A DNA stretch of 64,000 nt from Mobula hypostoma (GCF_963921235.1 NC_086101.1:166346001-166410000), one strand, 5' to 3'; counted from the stretch's first letter, positions 26,140 to 39,478 are shown. Notes: generated by a model from the letters alone, not told the origin. Made by a program: numbers and translations.

Positions 26140-26440
26140 AGGGACACAAGAGACTGCAGGTGCTGGAATTCTGGAGCAACACACAGAATGCTGGAGGAAC
26201 TTAGTGGTCAGGCAGAATCTATGGAGGGAAATGAACAGTTGACTCTTGGGTCAAGATCCTTCATTAGGACTGGAAAGAAAGAGGGGAGACAGTCAGTATA
26301 AAAAGATGGGGTGAAGGTGTGAAGCAAAAGCTGATGAGTGATAGGTGGATCCCTGAGGGGGAATTGATTGACAGGTGAGGGAGGGGGAGAGTGGGAATGA
26401 TGCAAGAAGCTGGGAGGTGATAGGTGGAAGTGATGAAGGG
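26140..26440 (-). mobile_element. Old Penelope-derived short element
   Basis: Diverged match to the family including the purine-rich tract; degenerate hammerhead core. Confidence 0.7.
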
Positions 26441-26848
26441 CTAAAGAATCGTCTTAAAATTGATTTATTTATTGTTTTATTAATACAAATCAAACTTTAT
26501 ATATCTCATAATTTTGCTTTAAACTCGTGTTCCCATCTCCCAAACTCCTTTTAAAATTACTGCCTTCCTTCCTGCATCATTTTGAAATTCACTGCATCTC
26601 CATTACCTGCAATACTTTTAAACTCATATGGCCTTATTCTCCCATACAGTTCTGTCTCTCAATCTTAGTATTCTAATATATGAACGTTAAAAGAGAACAA
26701 AATCCATTATACATTTTGAAATTGGTTCCAAGAGGAATGCTGTATATTGAAAGGAGAAGGAATAAATTTATTACTAAAATAATATGCCAGTAGTGCACTC
26801 TATTGAATTAATTTTAAACCAAATGTATTGCAATAAATTTATAATTAC

Positions 26849-26900
26849 ATAGTCTTTGCTTTTGAACTTCAAACACGGCATTTTCCAAAGTCTGAACTTC
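26849..26900 (-). CDS. CENPH: CENPH coding exon 7 (EVQTLENAVFEVQKQRL)
   Basis: tttgttgtag acceptor, gtaatt donor, 52 nt, phase 0 to 1; resembles ESWDLEEKLLDIRKKRL. Confidence 0.9.
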
Positions 26901-27662
26901 CTACAACAAAACAAAAAAATGACTAGATTTCCACAAGTGTGAATTATAATAGATTAATTAACAATTTGAATACAAAGCTAAAGGAAAAGTATAATTAATA
27001 TAAAACAGTATTTTAAATAAGATTGAATTTATATCAGTGCTGAGTAATGGAGCTTTAAGTAGTGTGCTAGCAGCAGATTCTTGCAGACCAAACTCAGCAA
27101 AATGTTAAATTATTGCCATTTTACTTCAACAATATCCTTAAGCCCCAATTTAGGAATAGCGTTCAGTAATTTGAACAAGCAAAGTACAAATCTGAGAGTA
27201 CTCCAAATTCTCAGCAAGTCAGTCAGCAGCTGAAGAGATAGAATGAGGAAAAAAAGAATTCAAATTTCAGGTTGATGACCTTTCAACAGAACCAGGAAGA
27301 ACTAGAAATCAAATATGTTTCAAGTCCTAGGGAAGGGAGAGAAGTAGAGTAACAAAAAAAAAGATTGTTTGTAATACATCGAAGAACATGTCAAAATGGA
27401 TGAAAGATTTAGTCATCATGAAAATTGAGTGAGGATGGTAGAGTCTTATTGATTACAGATGATATGTCTGCAGAGATACAATAGGAGGAAATGAATGAGA
27501 ATAGAGAGAAAAAACATTTCTATTACATTTATTTCATTTTTAGAAATAGCAACAACAGCAGCTAAATGTGCTTTATAAAATTCTTCTGAATTGAAAGAAA
27601 AGTTAAAACCAGCAGTGAATGTTAACCCTAAATACGTGACAGATTAATTTTATTCAACATAC

Positions 27663-27726
27663 CTTCTGGGTTGCTATAATCTCAGAACAGAGATCTAAAG
27701 AGTGATTAATTGTTTCCATTATCAAC
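27663..27726 (-). CDS. CENPH: CENPH coding exon 6 (LIMETINHSLDLCSEIIATQK)
   Basis: gttttaag acceptor, gtatgt donor, 64 nt, phase 2 to 0; resembles LMDNMKHLLELNKLIMKSQQ. Confidence 0.9.
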
Positions 27727-28822
27727 CTTAAAACAAGAAACAATTCATTAAATAATAAACTTGAGTGGATCTTACTGAGAACTTCAGAATTACTTCCATT
27801 TTCAGAATAACACTAGCAACATTCCAAACAAAAATAGAAAATGTCATAAACAGTCGGCAGGTAGAACAGCATCTGTGGAGAGAGAAACAGATTAAGCATT
27901 TCAGGTCAATTAATCTGAGCAGGAAAGACAGAAAACAAGCGTGTTTTAATTTGAAGAGAGGTAAAGAGTTGAAAAGGATTTGGGATGCCTGTGATGGAGT
28001 GGAAACCAAAATACGCAGGCAACAATTACTTTCAGTGCCAGCAGTCAGAAAGAAAAGAAATCAAAAGGATATGTTGGAGTCTTACAAACTGAGTACAACA
28101 GTTGTAGGAAATTTGGGGGGAAAAAAGTGAGAATGCTGAAAAAACTAGTAGGTCAAGTGAGACAGAAAATATTTCAAGTCCTTTTTTTAATAGAAATTTT
28201 TATTTCAATCGCCAAACTAAGGAATTTTTAGAATGACAGAATAAGTGATAATGTAAAGCAACAGAATTATCAGTGTTAGAATAAAGAAAGTTATTGAGGA
28301 GTAATTTTACATTAATAACAACAAATAATTATATTGTTGAAATGAAAAGTGAGGCTTTGAATTGACAAGGCCTAGAAGGCTAGGAACTGAGAGCTGGTAA
28401 GTGGGTTTAGTATAAATGGGCACTTGATGACGGGTATGGTCATGGCAGGCCATAGGGCCAGTTTGCATGCTTTATGTCTCTACAATTAAATAAGGTCCTT
28501 TCATTCATCATATAAATACTGGAAAAACTAGACAGATTCCCGATGAGCTGCAGTTGGAAACTGAATGCAGATTGAGGTTACAGTCACATCAGCCATTATT
28601 AAATGGCAGTGCAGGCCTTGAGACCAAGTGGTTTATACCTACCCTGATTCATATGGTTGAAAGTTTAAAGAGTGCTGAAACCTAATTTTAAATCAAGTAG
28701 AGATTAAAGAAGCTAAAGTGCTTTCATTCTAAAGTAATTTTAAAAATCTACTTTGTCTTTAAACCTGATGTATTTGAATGAAGATAACAGTATTTACTAA
28801 ATCAGGCACTGGAAATACTTAC

Positions 28823-28879
28823 TTCCCTTCTTTATCATTCATTTGTGCTGCTTCGCGTAGAGCATGTGTGTACTGAAGT
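28823..28879 (-). CDS. CENPH: CENPH coding exon 5 (LQYTHALREAAQMNDKEG)
   Basis: ttttgcag acceptor, gtaagt donor, 57 nt, phase 2 to 2. Confidence 0.9.
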
Positions 28880-29412
28880 CTGCAAAATATCAGAAGGTCA
28901 AACGTCTTTTCATTTCTTCATTCCAGAAGCTAAGAAACCAACCTGAAAGCTGTAAAACTTGTAGTCTACTCCTAGATTTCTTCAGATTTGGTTAGCCAGG
29001 TGGTAAAGAACTGATTGTTATCAAGATGATTTTACTGCTTCACAGAGAGATCCAGCCTATGACAGATATGTAATATAACATGCAGCTTGTCACAGATGGG
29101 CCACTGCCTTAATTTACCTGGATTTTACAAAAAGAATGGGGCTCCTACTTAGTCTGAAGCACAATGGATAAATATACCATATACATATTTAATTCTATTT
29201 GCATGCATAACCCATAAAATATTTTTCCAATTGATGACCGGTGATTACAGAATTGCGGAATTAGCATAGTATATACCCAAGCATGTTTCCACCCATTCTT
29301 GATAAACATCTTTCAATGCTCGATAAGTAAAGGTGCATAGGTAGAATGTATAGACAACAAATACTGGCCTTGAGAGCCAAAACACAACAATGAATCCTGG
29401 ATTTTTTCATAC

Positions 29413-29484
29413 CTATGGAGGGCCATGTTCTTCTGCTGGAAAGAGATTGATACATCTTCTAATTCCCTTTCAATCACTTGAATT
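29413..29484 (-). CDS. CENPH: CENPH coding exon 4 (IQVIERELEDVSISFQQKNMALHR)
   Basis: 72 nt, phase 2 to 2, gtatga donor; resembles IEDLENEIEEVKVAFEIKKLALDR. Confidence 0.92.
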
Positions 29485-29632
29485 CTTACAACATGCAAAA
29501 GAAAATAATCATTCCATGATTAATGTTGATCTTCCTAATGATTTCTCAAAATGAAAATAATACTGTACTAAGACAAATAAAAGATAATCCATCTTTTACT
29601 TCACAGTAGAATAATAAACTGAATAAACATAC

Positions 29633-29681
29633 GTTTCTTTCAAATTATCTTCCGACACAGTCCCTGAATTAGTTTCAAGAC
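29633..29681 (-). CDS. CENPH: CENPH coding exon 3 (LETNSGTVSEDNLKE)
   Basis: ttttttaaccag acceptor, gtatgt donor, 49 nt, phase 1 to 2. Confidence 0.85.
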
Positions 29682-29741
29682 CTGGTTAAAAAAATACAAA
29701 TACTAATTAATTTTGGTCCAAAAAAAAACAACTTTTGGCTA

Positions 29742-29846
29742 AACAAAGGGTCTGACGAAGGGTCTCGGCCTGAAACGTCGACTGTACCTCTTCCTAGAGA
29801 TGCTGCTTGGCCTGCTGCGTTCACCAGCAAGTTTTATGTGTGTTGC
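29742..29846 (+). mobile_element. 105-bp Penelope-derived insert with hammerhead core
   Basis: CTGACGA-agggtctcggcct-GAAAC-GTC; perfect 15-bp TSD aacaacttttggcta (29727-29741, 29847-29861). Confidence 0.9.
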
Positions 29847-30139
29847 AACAACTTTTGGCTACTTGTTTAATATTTTTTGCTGAGTTTTACTGGTCATTTT
29901 ATAGACCAAGAAATGAAGGTCTTTTGATTAGGATCTCTCATTGACCATTTGTTCAATTTCACTTTTTTCTTTCAGTTTAGAACCTCAAAAGTACTAGAAA
30001 TTATTTTAGTCATTAAATTTGCAATGAATAAAGAATTTTCTGCAAGATATTTTTTCTTTTAACTCCTAAAAAAGGAGTATACAATGTGTCATTCACATAC
30101 ACTGTGGACAATCCAATATACCAATGTATTATTTCACTT

Positions 30140-31955
30140 CAGAAAAGGACCAATTGTAGGGATGACTTACAGCAGACTGGAAAGCTTGAGCAAATGGACA
30201 TTAAGAAAGAGTATGTGCTGGAGCTTTTGGGAAGCATCAAGTCAGTCACTGGGACCGGATGAGATATACCCCAGGCTACTGTGGAAGGCGAGGGAGGAGG
30301 TTCTGGAGGATTGGAGGGTTGCAAGTGTTGTTCCCTTATTCAAGAAAGGGAGTAGAGATAGCCCAGGAAATTATAGACCAGTGAGTCTTATGTCAATGGT
30401 TGGTAAGTTGATGGAGAAGATCCGGAGAGGCAGGATTTATGAACATTTGGAGAGACATAACATGATTAGGAATAGTTGGCATTAAAGTGAAAGTCTGCCC
30501 CGAGCTTTGTGGCCCATCAGGCCAGTGCTTATGCCGGTTTCTGTGGCGTGAAGCGACTGAGAGTGCGAGACTCCCACCCCGCCCCCCCCCCGGATAAGAC
30601 GCCAGTCTATCGCAAGGTAAGCCCCCAGCATTTGCCAGTACCCATTTTCAGCTGGGTGGACTGGAGCAATGTGTGGTTAAGTGCCTTGCTCGAAGACACA
30701 CATGCTGCCTTGGCCGAGACTTGAACCCACGACCTTCTAATGGTGAGCCCAACGCCCTAACCATTTGGCCACATGCCACACAATAGTCAGCATGGCCTTG
30801 TCAAGAGCAAGGCATTTGATAAGGTACCCCATGTACGGCTTATTGAGAAAGTAAGGAGGCATGGGATCTAAGGGGACATTGCTTTGAGGATCCAGAACTG
30901 GCTCACCCACAGAAGGCAGAGTGGTTGTAGACAGGCCATATTCTGCATGGAGGTCAGTGACTAGTGGCGTGCCTCAGGGATCTGTTCTGGGACCCTTTCC
31001 CTTCGTGATTTTCATAAATGACCTGGATAAGGAAATGGAAGGATGAGTTGGTAAATTTGCAGATGACACAAAGGTTGGGGTGTTGTGGATAGTGTAGAGG
31101 GCTGTCAGAGTTTACAGCGGGACATCGATAGGATGCAAAACTGGGCTAAGAAGTAGCAGATGGAGTTCAACCCAGATAAGTGCGAGGTGGTTCATTTTGG
31201 TATGTCAAATATGATGGCAGAATATAGTATTAATGGTAAGACTCTTGGCAGTGTGGATGATCAGAGTCCATAGGACACTCAAAACTACTACGCAGGTTGA
31301 CTGTGTAGTTAAGAAGGCATATGGTGTATTGGCTTTCATCAACAGTGGGATTGAGTTCAAGAGCAGAGAGGTAATGTTACAACTATATAGGACCCTGGTC
31401 AGACCCCACTTGGAGTACTGTGCTCAGTTTTGGTCACCTCACTACAGGAAGGATGTGGAAACTATAGAAAAGGTGAAGAGGAGATTTATAAGGATGTTGC
31501 CTGGATTGGGGAGCAGGCCTTATGAGAGTCGATTGAGTGAACTTGGCCTTTTCTCCTTGGAGCAACGGAGGATGAGAGGTGACCTGAAAGAGATGTACAA
31601 GATGATGAGAGGCATTGATTGTGTGGATAGTCAGAGGCTTTTTCCCAGGGCTAAAATGGCTAACACGAGAGGGCATAGTTTTAAGGTGCTTGGAAGTAAG
31701 TACAGAGGACATGTCAGGGGATACTTTTTTTTACACAGAGAGTGGTGATTGCATGGAATGGGCTGCTGGTGACGATGGTAGAGGTGGATACAATAGGGTC
31801 TTTTAAGAGACTCTTGGATAGGTACATGGAGATCAGTAAAATAGAGGACTATGGGTAACTCTAGGTAATTTCTAAAGTAAGTACATGTTCGGCACAGCCT
31901 TGTGGGCCGAAGGGCCTGTAGCCTGTATTGTGCTGTAGATTTTCTATGTTTCTAT
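30140..31955 (+). mobile_element. CR1 LINE 3' half, interrupted by a SINE
   Basis: WRVASVVPLFKKG...[29 protein letters not shown]. Confidence 0.9.
30483..30781 (-). mobile_element. tRNA-derived CORE-type SINE with L2-like tail
   Basis: A box TGGCCAAATGG, B box GGTTCAAGTCT, core GAGCAAGGCACTTAACC; flanks aatagttggcat / aatagtcagcat. Confidence 0.75.
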
Positions 31956-32239
31956 TATAATGCACACGATACCAGCTACTTAGCTGAAGAATGCAGCAAG
32001 TAAAGAAATAAAATAACCTAGTCATAGTGAGTTATTTTAGAGAGCTGTTGAAAGAGGAACATAGTGCATTTTTTTTTAAAAAGAGGCCGAGGAGGCAGCT
32101 CCCTTCTTACTTTCAGCTATGCAACATATTAAATGTTAATAAATAATGAATGTTTTAAACAGTGAATATAGAAAGCAACAGAAGAGGAAGGAGAGAAATC
32201 TACATATGGAAGGATGCAAGAAATGGTAAAGTATATTCC

Positions 32240-32720
32240 AGATAACACACACAAAATGCTGGAAGAACTCAACAGGCGGGGCAGCATCTATGGAAAAAAG
32301 TATGGTCAATATTTCGGACTGAGACCCTTCGGCAGGACTGAAGAAAAAAGATGAGGAGATTTAAAAGGTGGGGGGAGGGGAGAGAGAAACACAAGGAGAT
32401 CGGTGAAACCGGGAGGGGGAGGGATGAAGTAAAGAGCTGGGAAGTTGTTGGTGAAAGAGATACAGGGTTTGGAGAAGGGGGAATTCTGATAAGGGAGGAC
32501 AGAAGGGCATGGAAGAAAGAAAAGGTGGGTGGAGCACCAGAAGGAGGTGATGGGCAGGCAAGGAGATAAGGTGAGAGAGGGAAAAGGGGATGGAGAATGG
32601 TGAAGTAGGGGGAGGGGAAGGGAAAGATGCGCTTGGTGGTGGCATCCCATTGGAGATGGCGGAAGTTCCGGAGAATTATATTCCAGACAGCAGTTTGAGG
32701 AAATCAGAGCACTGTTGACA
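32240..32720 (-). mobile_element. Penelope-derived element
   Basis: Family tail, purine-rich tract and end of the GIY-YIG-like coding region; mutated hammerhead core. Confidence 0.75.
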
Positions 32721-33919
32721 TTGGAGGGCAAGAGGAGAAAGCAAACTCAAGAAAATTACATAAAGGGGAAACTAGCAATTTTATAGAGTGATTTTGGAGA
32801 ACAAAGCACAAAATACATTATCCTCAAACTGTGAAATGTGTAATAGGTGAGCAGACTTTGGATTAACATAAATTTTATTAAGCGTTAAATCTGAAAAGTG
32901 AAAAAGCATGTTTCCTGATATCAGAGCATTTCTAAGCCAGCGAAGTACTTTCAAAGTAGAGTAGAATAACTGTGATAACGTAGGGGAGATCAGACTTTGC
33001 TGAACATCTCACCTGAAATGCAATTCCCCAGACAACGTAACAATGCATTATGGTACTGCATCAGATTTGATTGTATGGGTCTTTAACTCATAATCAGACA
33101 TCAGACCAAGAGAGCCAACAGTAGATCAAGGCTGGGGGCCTAAAGAGATCTGAGGAACATGAATTTCCCACAGAGGAGGTGGGTATATGGAACAAACGGC
33201 CAGGGAAAGTGTTAGAGGCAGGAAAAATTACAACACTAAAGACAGTTGGACTGGTGCATGGATAGGAAAAGTTTATAATGATATGGACCAAACATAGGCA
33301 AATGGGATTAGTTAGATATGCATCTTGGTTGACATGGATGAATTAAGCTGAATGGCCCAGCTCCATGCTGTATTACTCTATGAATTTAACTGGCTATGGA
33401 AGATGAATCTTTATGCTCTTCCTGCTTAAGATGGCGCTACTGACGTTGGGCAACAGCTTACTGGTGGTTCATAAAGCATGAAATACAACTAAATACTTCA
33501 TTAATAACACTTTTTCTGGGGTAAATTGTGGTAAGCTATCATCGTAAACAATGAAAAGGCGCGCAAAGCCAAGGCTGACTCGACGGTCGAGGCATGCGGG
33601 TGCAATGCCAAGTCAGAGCAGGGCATGTTCAACAAGAAGTGACTGGAGCGAGACCAAGGCATGTTCGAGACGGAGTTGGAGATGGGGTTGGAGCTGGAGT
33701 TGGAGCAAGCAAATTGGAGAGGAGCCAGAACAGAGGAGTTTCGAAGTCTGTCCACCTAAACCAGGAATGAGGTTGGATCGATCTAAATGCCAGGCTGATC
33801 TGTAAACGTCAGGTACGGGTCAGAATGTGGCAACAGGGTCCAGGCCAAGAGCATATCAACGTGCTGGGGCTCAAATCCTAGTGCAGGGGACAACCCGGTG
33901 TTAGGGCAATTAAACAATA

Positions 33920-34290
33920 GATTTGATAGAAGTATATAAAATCATGATGGGTATAGATAGAGTGAATGCAAGCAGGCTTTTTCCACTGAGGCAAGGGGAG
34001 AAAAAAACCAGAGGTCATGGGTTAAGGGTGAGGGGGAAAAAGTTTAAAGGGAACATTAGGGGGGGCTTCTTCACACAGAGAGTGGTGGGAGTATGGAATG
34101 AGCTGCCAGACAAGGTGGTAAATGCGGGTTCTTTTTTAACATTTAAGGATAAATTGGACAGATACATGGATGGGAGGTGTATGGAGGGATATGGTCCGTG
34201 TGCAGGTCAGTGGGACTAGGCAGAAAATGGTTTGGCACAGCCAAGAAGGGCCAAAAGGCCTGTTTCTGTGCTGTAGTTTCTATGGTTTCA
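33920..34290 (+). mobile_element. CR1 3' end
   Basis: IEVYKIM...TRGH...FFTQRVVGVWNELP. Confidence 0.85.
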
Positions 34291-34399
34291 CATAAAGGAG
34301 GAAAAGGCAAAATAAAATAAAGTACAATACTATAACATCCATCTAGATCCTAGGACATTCTAAAGCATTTTGCCACCAATAAAACAACATGGAAATGCA

Positions 34400-34566
34400 A
34401 GCAACACACACAAAATGCTGGAGAAATTCAGCTGTCCTGCTGAAGGGTCTTGGCCCAAAACGTCAACTGTACTCTTCTCCATAGATGTTGCCTGGCCTGC
34501 TGAGTTCCTCCAGCATTTTGATGTGTGTTGTTTGGATTTCTAGCATCTACAGATTTTCTCCTGTCT
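34400..34566. mobile_element. Penelope-derived insert (inverted stub plus direct unit)
   Basis: Inverted caacacacacaaaatgctgg stub, then the family unit; flanks atggaaatgca / atgggaatgca. Confidence 0.7.
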
Positions 34567-34949
34567 ATGGGAATGCAGTCCTTGTTACAACATAGAAAAC
34601 AAGGCAAACAACTTTCACACAGCCAGTTCTAACAAACAGCAACAGGATAATGACTAAATAATCTGTTGCAGTAATACTAATGGAGACAAATACTGGTCAG
34701 GCCACAAAAAACATCTCCATCTCCACCGTCTTCCTTCAAAATGGCACTATGCAATCCTTTATGTCCAGTCAAAAGTATATATAGAACTTATGTTTAATGT
34801 TTTGCCCTAAGGACAGTACCGCCCCAATGAAGTACTCCTTCAATCCTGCATTAGAAATTTTTATGCACTAGATTCTGGATCAATGTTAGTTCTCCAAACT
34901 ATAATATCAAATACAGGAACTTTATTCTATTCTAAACATGTTCAGTGAA

Positions 34950-35690
34950 TGTTGAAGTTGTAGAAGATATTGGTGAGGTCTAATTTGGAGTATTGCATGC
35001 AGTACACCTACCAACAGCAAAGATATTAAGATTGAAGGAGTACAGAGAAAATTTACAAGAATGTTGCCAGGACTTGAGGACCTGGATTATAGGGAAAGGT
35101 TGAATAGGTTCAGAATTTATTCCCTGGAGTGTAGGAGAATGAGGGAGATTTGATAGAGGTATACAAAATTATAGATAGGGTAAATGCAAGCAGGCTTTTT
35201 CCACTGACACTGGGTGAGACAAGAACTAGAAGTCATAGGTTAGGGCAGTGGGCCCCAACCTCCGGGCCGCGGACTGATACATTGCCGCGAAGAATGCAGC
35301 GGTAGTCGGAACGCACCCAGCACATCTTTAAGAAAAAAGCCAAAATAAACAAGCTAATTAATTAGGTGCCGCCTGGCACATAAATGTCGGCCCAGATCAG
35401 AGGCGATCGATTGGGTTAGGGGGTGAAAGATGAAATATTTAAGGGGAAACCTGAGGGGAAACTTCTTTACTCAGAGGGTTATGCAAGTATGGAACGAGCT
35501 GCACGTGGACGTGCTGGATGGGAGTTTGATTTCAACATTTAAGAGAAACTTTGATAAATACATGGATGAAAGGGGTACGAAGGGCTATGGTCCAAGTGCG
35601 GGTTGATGGGTCTAGGCTGAATAAGTTTAGCACAGACTAGATGGGCCGAAGGACCCTTTTCTGTGCTGAAGCATGCTATGATTCTATGAA
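34950..35690 (+). mobile_element. CR1 3' end containing a half-MITE
   Basis: Degenerate CR1 RT C-terminus and tail. Confidence 0.8.
35246..35413 (+). mobile_element. Left arm only of the palindromic hAT MITE
   Basis: Matches 23229-23385; flanked on both sides by ggttaggg (35238-35245, 35414-35421). Confidence 0.85.
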
Positions 35691-35772
35691 GAAATAATAA
35701 CTGCAGAGATCAAATTTCACAAAGAAATGAAGCAAATCAAAATAACTTAAAAGGTAATTCAAAACATCTTAC

Positions 35773-35828
35773 AAGCTTTCACACCAGTTTCTAGTTCCAC
35801 TGTTTGTTGGGTTACTTGATCCTTTAAC
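35773..35828 (-). CDS. CENPH: CENPH coding exon 2 (LKDQVTQQTVELETGVKA)
   Basis: ttttcttgatag acceptor, gtaaga donor, 56 nt, phase 2 to 1; resembles CENP-H LRAQTKQQLLEYKSMVDA. Confidence 0.88.
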
Positions 35829-38031
35829 CTATCAAGAAAATATATAAAACATAAAACAATTGTTATTTTTACATCTAATAAAAGCAAACAAATCAGACGT
35901 CTTGCCTTTGTTTCAGATTTTCAGGACTGAAGGTGGCATTGAGCTTTACTATAAGATCAATCCTACGTGTACGTGGGACGGCCTTGCAGCATGGAATTTT
36001 AATGAATTTAATATTCATCCCAATACAATGTGTTTTTACTTTCCTACAATATTACCAAATTTAAGAAATTAAGAGTAATTTCCTTGGCAAGTTTTGATTT
36101 TCCATTTGCATCATCCTCCAAAGACCTTTCAGGGATATTGTGCCTTCCTCTTGCTCTCCACTCTATTAATTAAAAAGGAGACTGTGGCTGGCAACTCTAA
36201 TGCTCTAATAGAAATCAACAAAAAATCATTATGATTAATAATTCTGCTGTGATGGGATATTGAAAATCTACTGCATCTCACTAAATGCACAGCCATTACT
36301 CACCACATAAGATGCAGAATAGAGTCCATTACGGTAGCATTTTCTTGTTCAACAGTTGGTGTTACATGGAAATTATCAAGTGCCAACTGTCCCAGCTTCA
36401 TACAGGAACTGCCAAGCTTTTGTAGGATAGATCTTTCTGTTCTATAAATATTAGAAAATACTGTAGATAGGCTATTGCAAGATATCAAATAATGTGAACA
36501 TACAAATTTTAAAGTGTGCAGTAAATTATTCCAATTAGGAACAGAAATAAGCCAAGGAATCTCCAGGGTGGAGTGGTACATCAGAACCATAAATCACATC
36601 CTTAAGAAGAGCTGTAAAAATTTAATTAATGTGTATTATTAGTGGGTATTATGCTCACCCCACACTGGGTGATAACAGTATAATGAGCAGATGATTTTTG
36701 TAATTCAGGTATGAATATTAGCTAGCACACATCTATTTACATAGCACTTTTAGTAGAGCAAAAATGTGCACCTCACACTATCACTACCCATTAAATTATT
36801 AATGTGAAGGTATGCAAAAGATAATGGAGTTTAGCAAAGGCTTGGCTAAACAAATGGCTTTTAAGGATTAAGGTAGAGGAAACTAGAGAGGACTTTCCGC
36901 AACTTAAAGCTTTTCAAACTGAGAGTAAGGTAAATTAAATGAACCATTAAATTCAGGCATGTTCAAAAGCTAGAATGGATGGAGTCTAGATATCTCAGTT
37001 ACATAGCTGGAAGGAATTAAAAAGATGGAAAGAAGACCAGAAAGGAACTTCTAAATCAAATATGAGAATTTTAAAATCAAGATACTGTTCAACTGGAAAC
37101 CAACAGTAACCAACAGTAGTGGCCTAAATACAAACTTAACTCTTTTGATCTACTGTGACACCAAAGTTGTGAACAACCTAGTTGGTAGAGGGCTAGAATC
37201 ACCAGCATGGAAACAGAAAGTGAATGGACGTCAAAGGTACTATAAGAAAAGTGACAACTGTATATAGATATTCCTAATAGAGGAGAGGCAGTACTGAACT
37301 GTGGCTGAGCACTTTGAGGATACTAATCAAAACACTAAGTTTCAGGATAGTTGTAGAAAGGGTTAAAGGTGATCTCGGTTGGAGAGGGAAGACCAGTTTC
37401 AATATCATAAACATGATTTGGCAGAGGCAGAGGGGAACAGTTACCCAAGGGTAAACCTACATCTAACAAATAGGGGTCCCTTAAAAGTGAAACAGTGAGA
37501 GTTCAGCCTGCAAAAGTGAAATCAGGGAAGCTAAGCCCAAGAGGTCAAGGGATAGAGGATTTGAGAAGGTTTAAAAAAGGAAGCGGATGGCAGGAATGAA
37601 CACTGGAAAAAAAGGCAAGGCCGTTCAGGAGTACAGAACTTGTAGGAGAGGACTTGAAAACTAAATTAGTATGAAGTGGGGCCATGAAACATCTCTGACA
37701 GATTAAGAAAATTCCACTGGGCATTTTATATTAAAAAACGGGTAAGCAGGGTCCCCATTAGGAATCACAAGGCAATCTGTGCATGGGGCTATGTTGATGA
37801 GGGCTTAAATGAACACTTCTCATATGCATTCAGATGAGAAAGGCATTGTAGTTGCAGGTTTCATGGAGAGGAACACGGATATTTCAATCAATGTTGACAT
37901 TAAAAAGGAGATTGCTTTAGATGTTTACTCTATATAAAGATATATAAATCCTCAGGCCTCATGAGATGTATTCTAGAAAAGAGATTGCTGGGGTTGTGAT
38001 AGAGATTTTCACATCTTCACTGGCCATAGGT

Positions 38032-38219
38032 TATTTACCACAGTACATAATTATCTATTTAAATGTTTATTTTGCTTTTATATCATCTCAATATGTACTT
38101 AAGAATGTATAAATAATTGTAGTTTTATACATATAAAAAATGGAAAAGGTTATATGTGTGAAAAAAGTACATGATAATTGTGAACTCCTTATCCAAATAA
38201 AAATAAAATTAAAAAAAAA
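38032..38219 (+). mobile_element. Short 3' tail copy of the L1 family at 56618-60414
   Basis: Near-identical reverse complement of 56618-56806, ending in an A-rich tail. Confidence 0.85.
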
Positions 38220-38704
38220 TAATCAAGTCAATGTGTCAATATATACAATAAAGTATTAAATTAGCAAATAACTGATTAACTAAGCTAAGCAATATATCAA
38301 TAATAAGAAAAAATAAAGTGTTAATAATATTTTTTTTGAAAGAAAAAAAAGAGAGAAAAAAAAGAACCCCTACTAACTAGAGGTTATAATTAGAGGATAG
38401 CAAATGTGTTACCTTTATTCAAGGTGGCCTGCCAGGCACTAATCAGGTAATTACAGGCCCATGAGTCTAACTTCAGTTGAAATAAAAGTTATGAGAAACA
38501 TGATTAATACTTGGAAAGGGAGGGGTAGATCAAAGATAGGAAGCATGGCTTTGTCAGTGAGAGAAACAAATATTTAAAAAGGCAGAGCTTTGAAAGAACA
38601 TTCCTAATGTGGGCAAATAGATAGATGGGCAAAAAGGTCATCATGGATACGGTAGGAAACATCATTTCTATGCTGTACGACTCTTTGACTCATGTTGGGA
38701 CCCT

Positions 38705-39478
38705 TACAATGGTGCCTCCTTTGCTTGCATCTTCGGAAACAGCTCTATTTCTATCTTTAATATCTCTATTCTTCCCTTCCAGGGTTCTTTTGAACACTCT
38801 GACCTGGAATTAGACACTGACTTTGGTTCTTTGCGGGAATGGGACCTGCTCTCGGAGTTTCACGACTGGCCGTTATTCGATATGCCGAGGATGCAGCCTA
38901 AGAGATTAGCTCACCTTCAGAGTTCCAGGATCTCATGGCTCTGGAGATGGGTGGACCGAAGGTTGGTGTCCTGGCAGTAAATCGGTGTAGCGTGGGAGAC
39001 AGAAGATCTCTGGCTATGTGCCCAGAGACCCGAGATCTTTGGACACAGAGCTCGGAAAAAGCGACGCAACAGACTTTTAACATCGTAATCAGCGAGTTGT
39101 TTGTTATGTCTCCCCTCTTGCTGTGAAACAGAGACACTTCTTCTTCCCTTATTAGGGACAGAGATAGCCTGTGGTATGTCGAATACCAGGTGAATGAGTA
39201 GTCTTTCGGGTACTGCAAGTCTGTGTCTTTGCTACATGCTTGAGTGCTTGGTGGTGGGTGCCGATGCTTTTTTTTGTCGGGGGGGAGGGGGGATTGTTGC
39301 TTTGCTGCTGCTTACGCATGGGAGGGGGGAGCTGGGGGGGTTCTTTGGGGTTCTAACATTTAAGTGTCATTCACTCCTTGGGGCACTCCTCTGTTTTCGT
39401 GGATGGTTGCAAAGAAAAAACATTTCAGGATATGTATTGTATACATTTCCCTGACATTAAATGTACCTTTGAAACCTT
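38705..39478 (+). mobile_element. Non-autonomous retroposon (non-coding); 5' boundary approximate
   Basis: 3' part duplicated at 1-170; no meaningful ORF. Confidence 0.6.
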
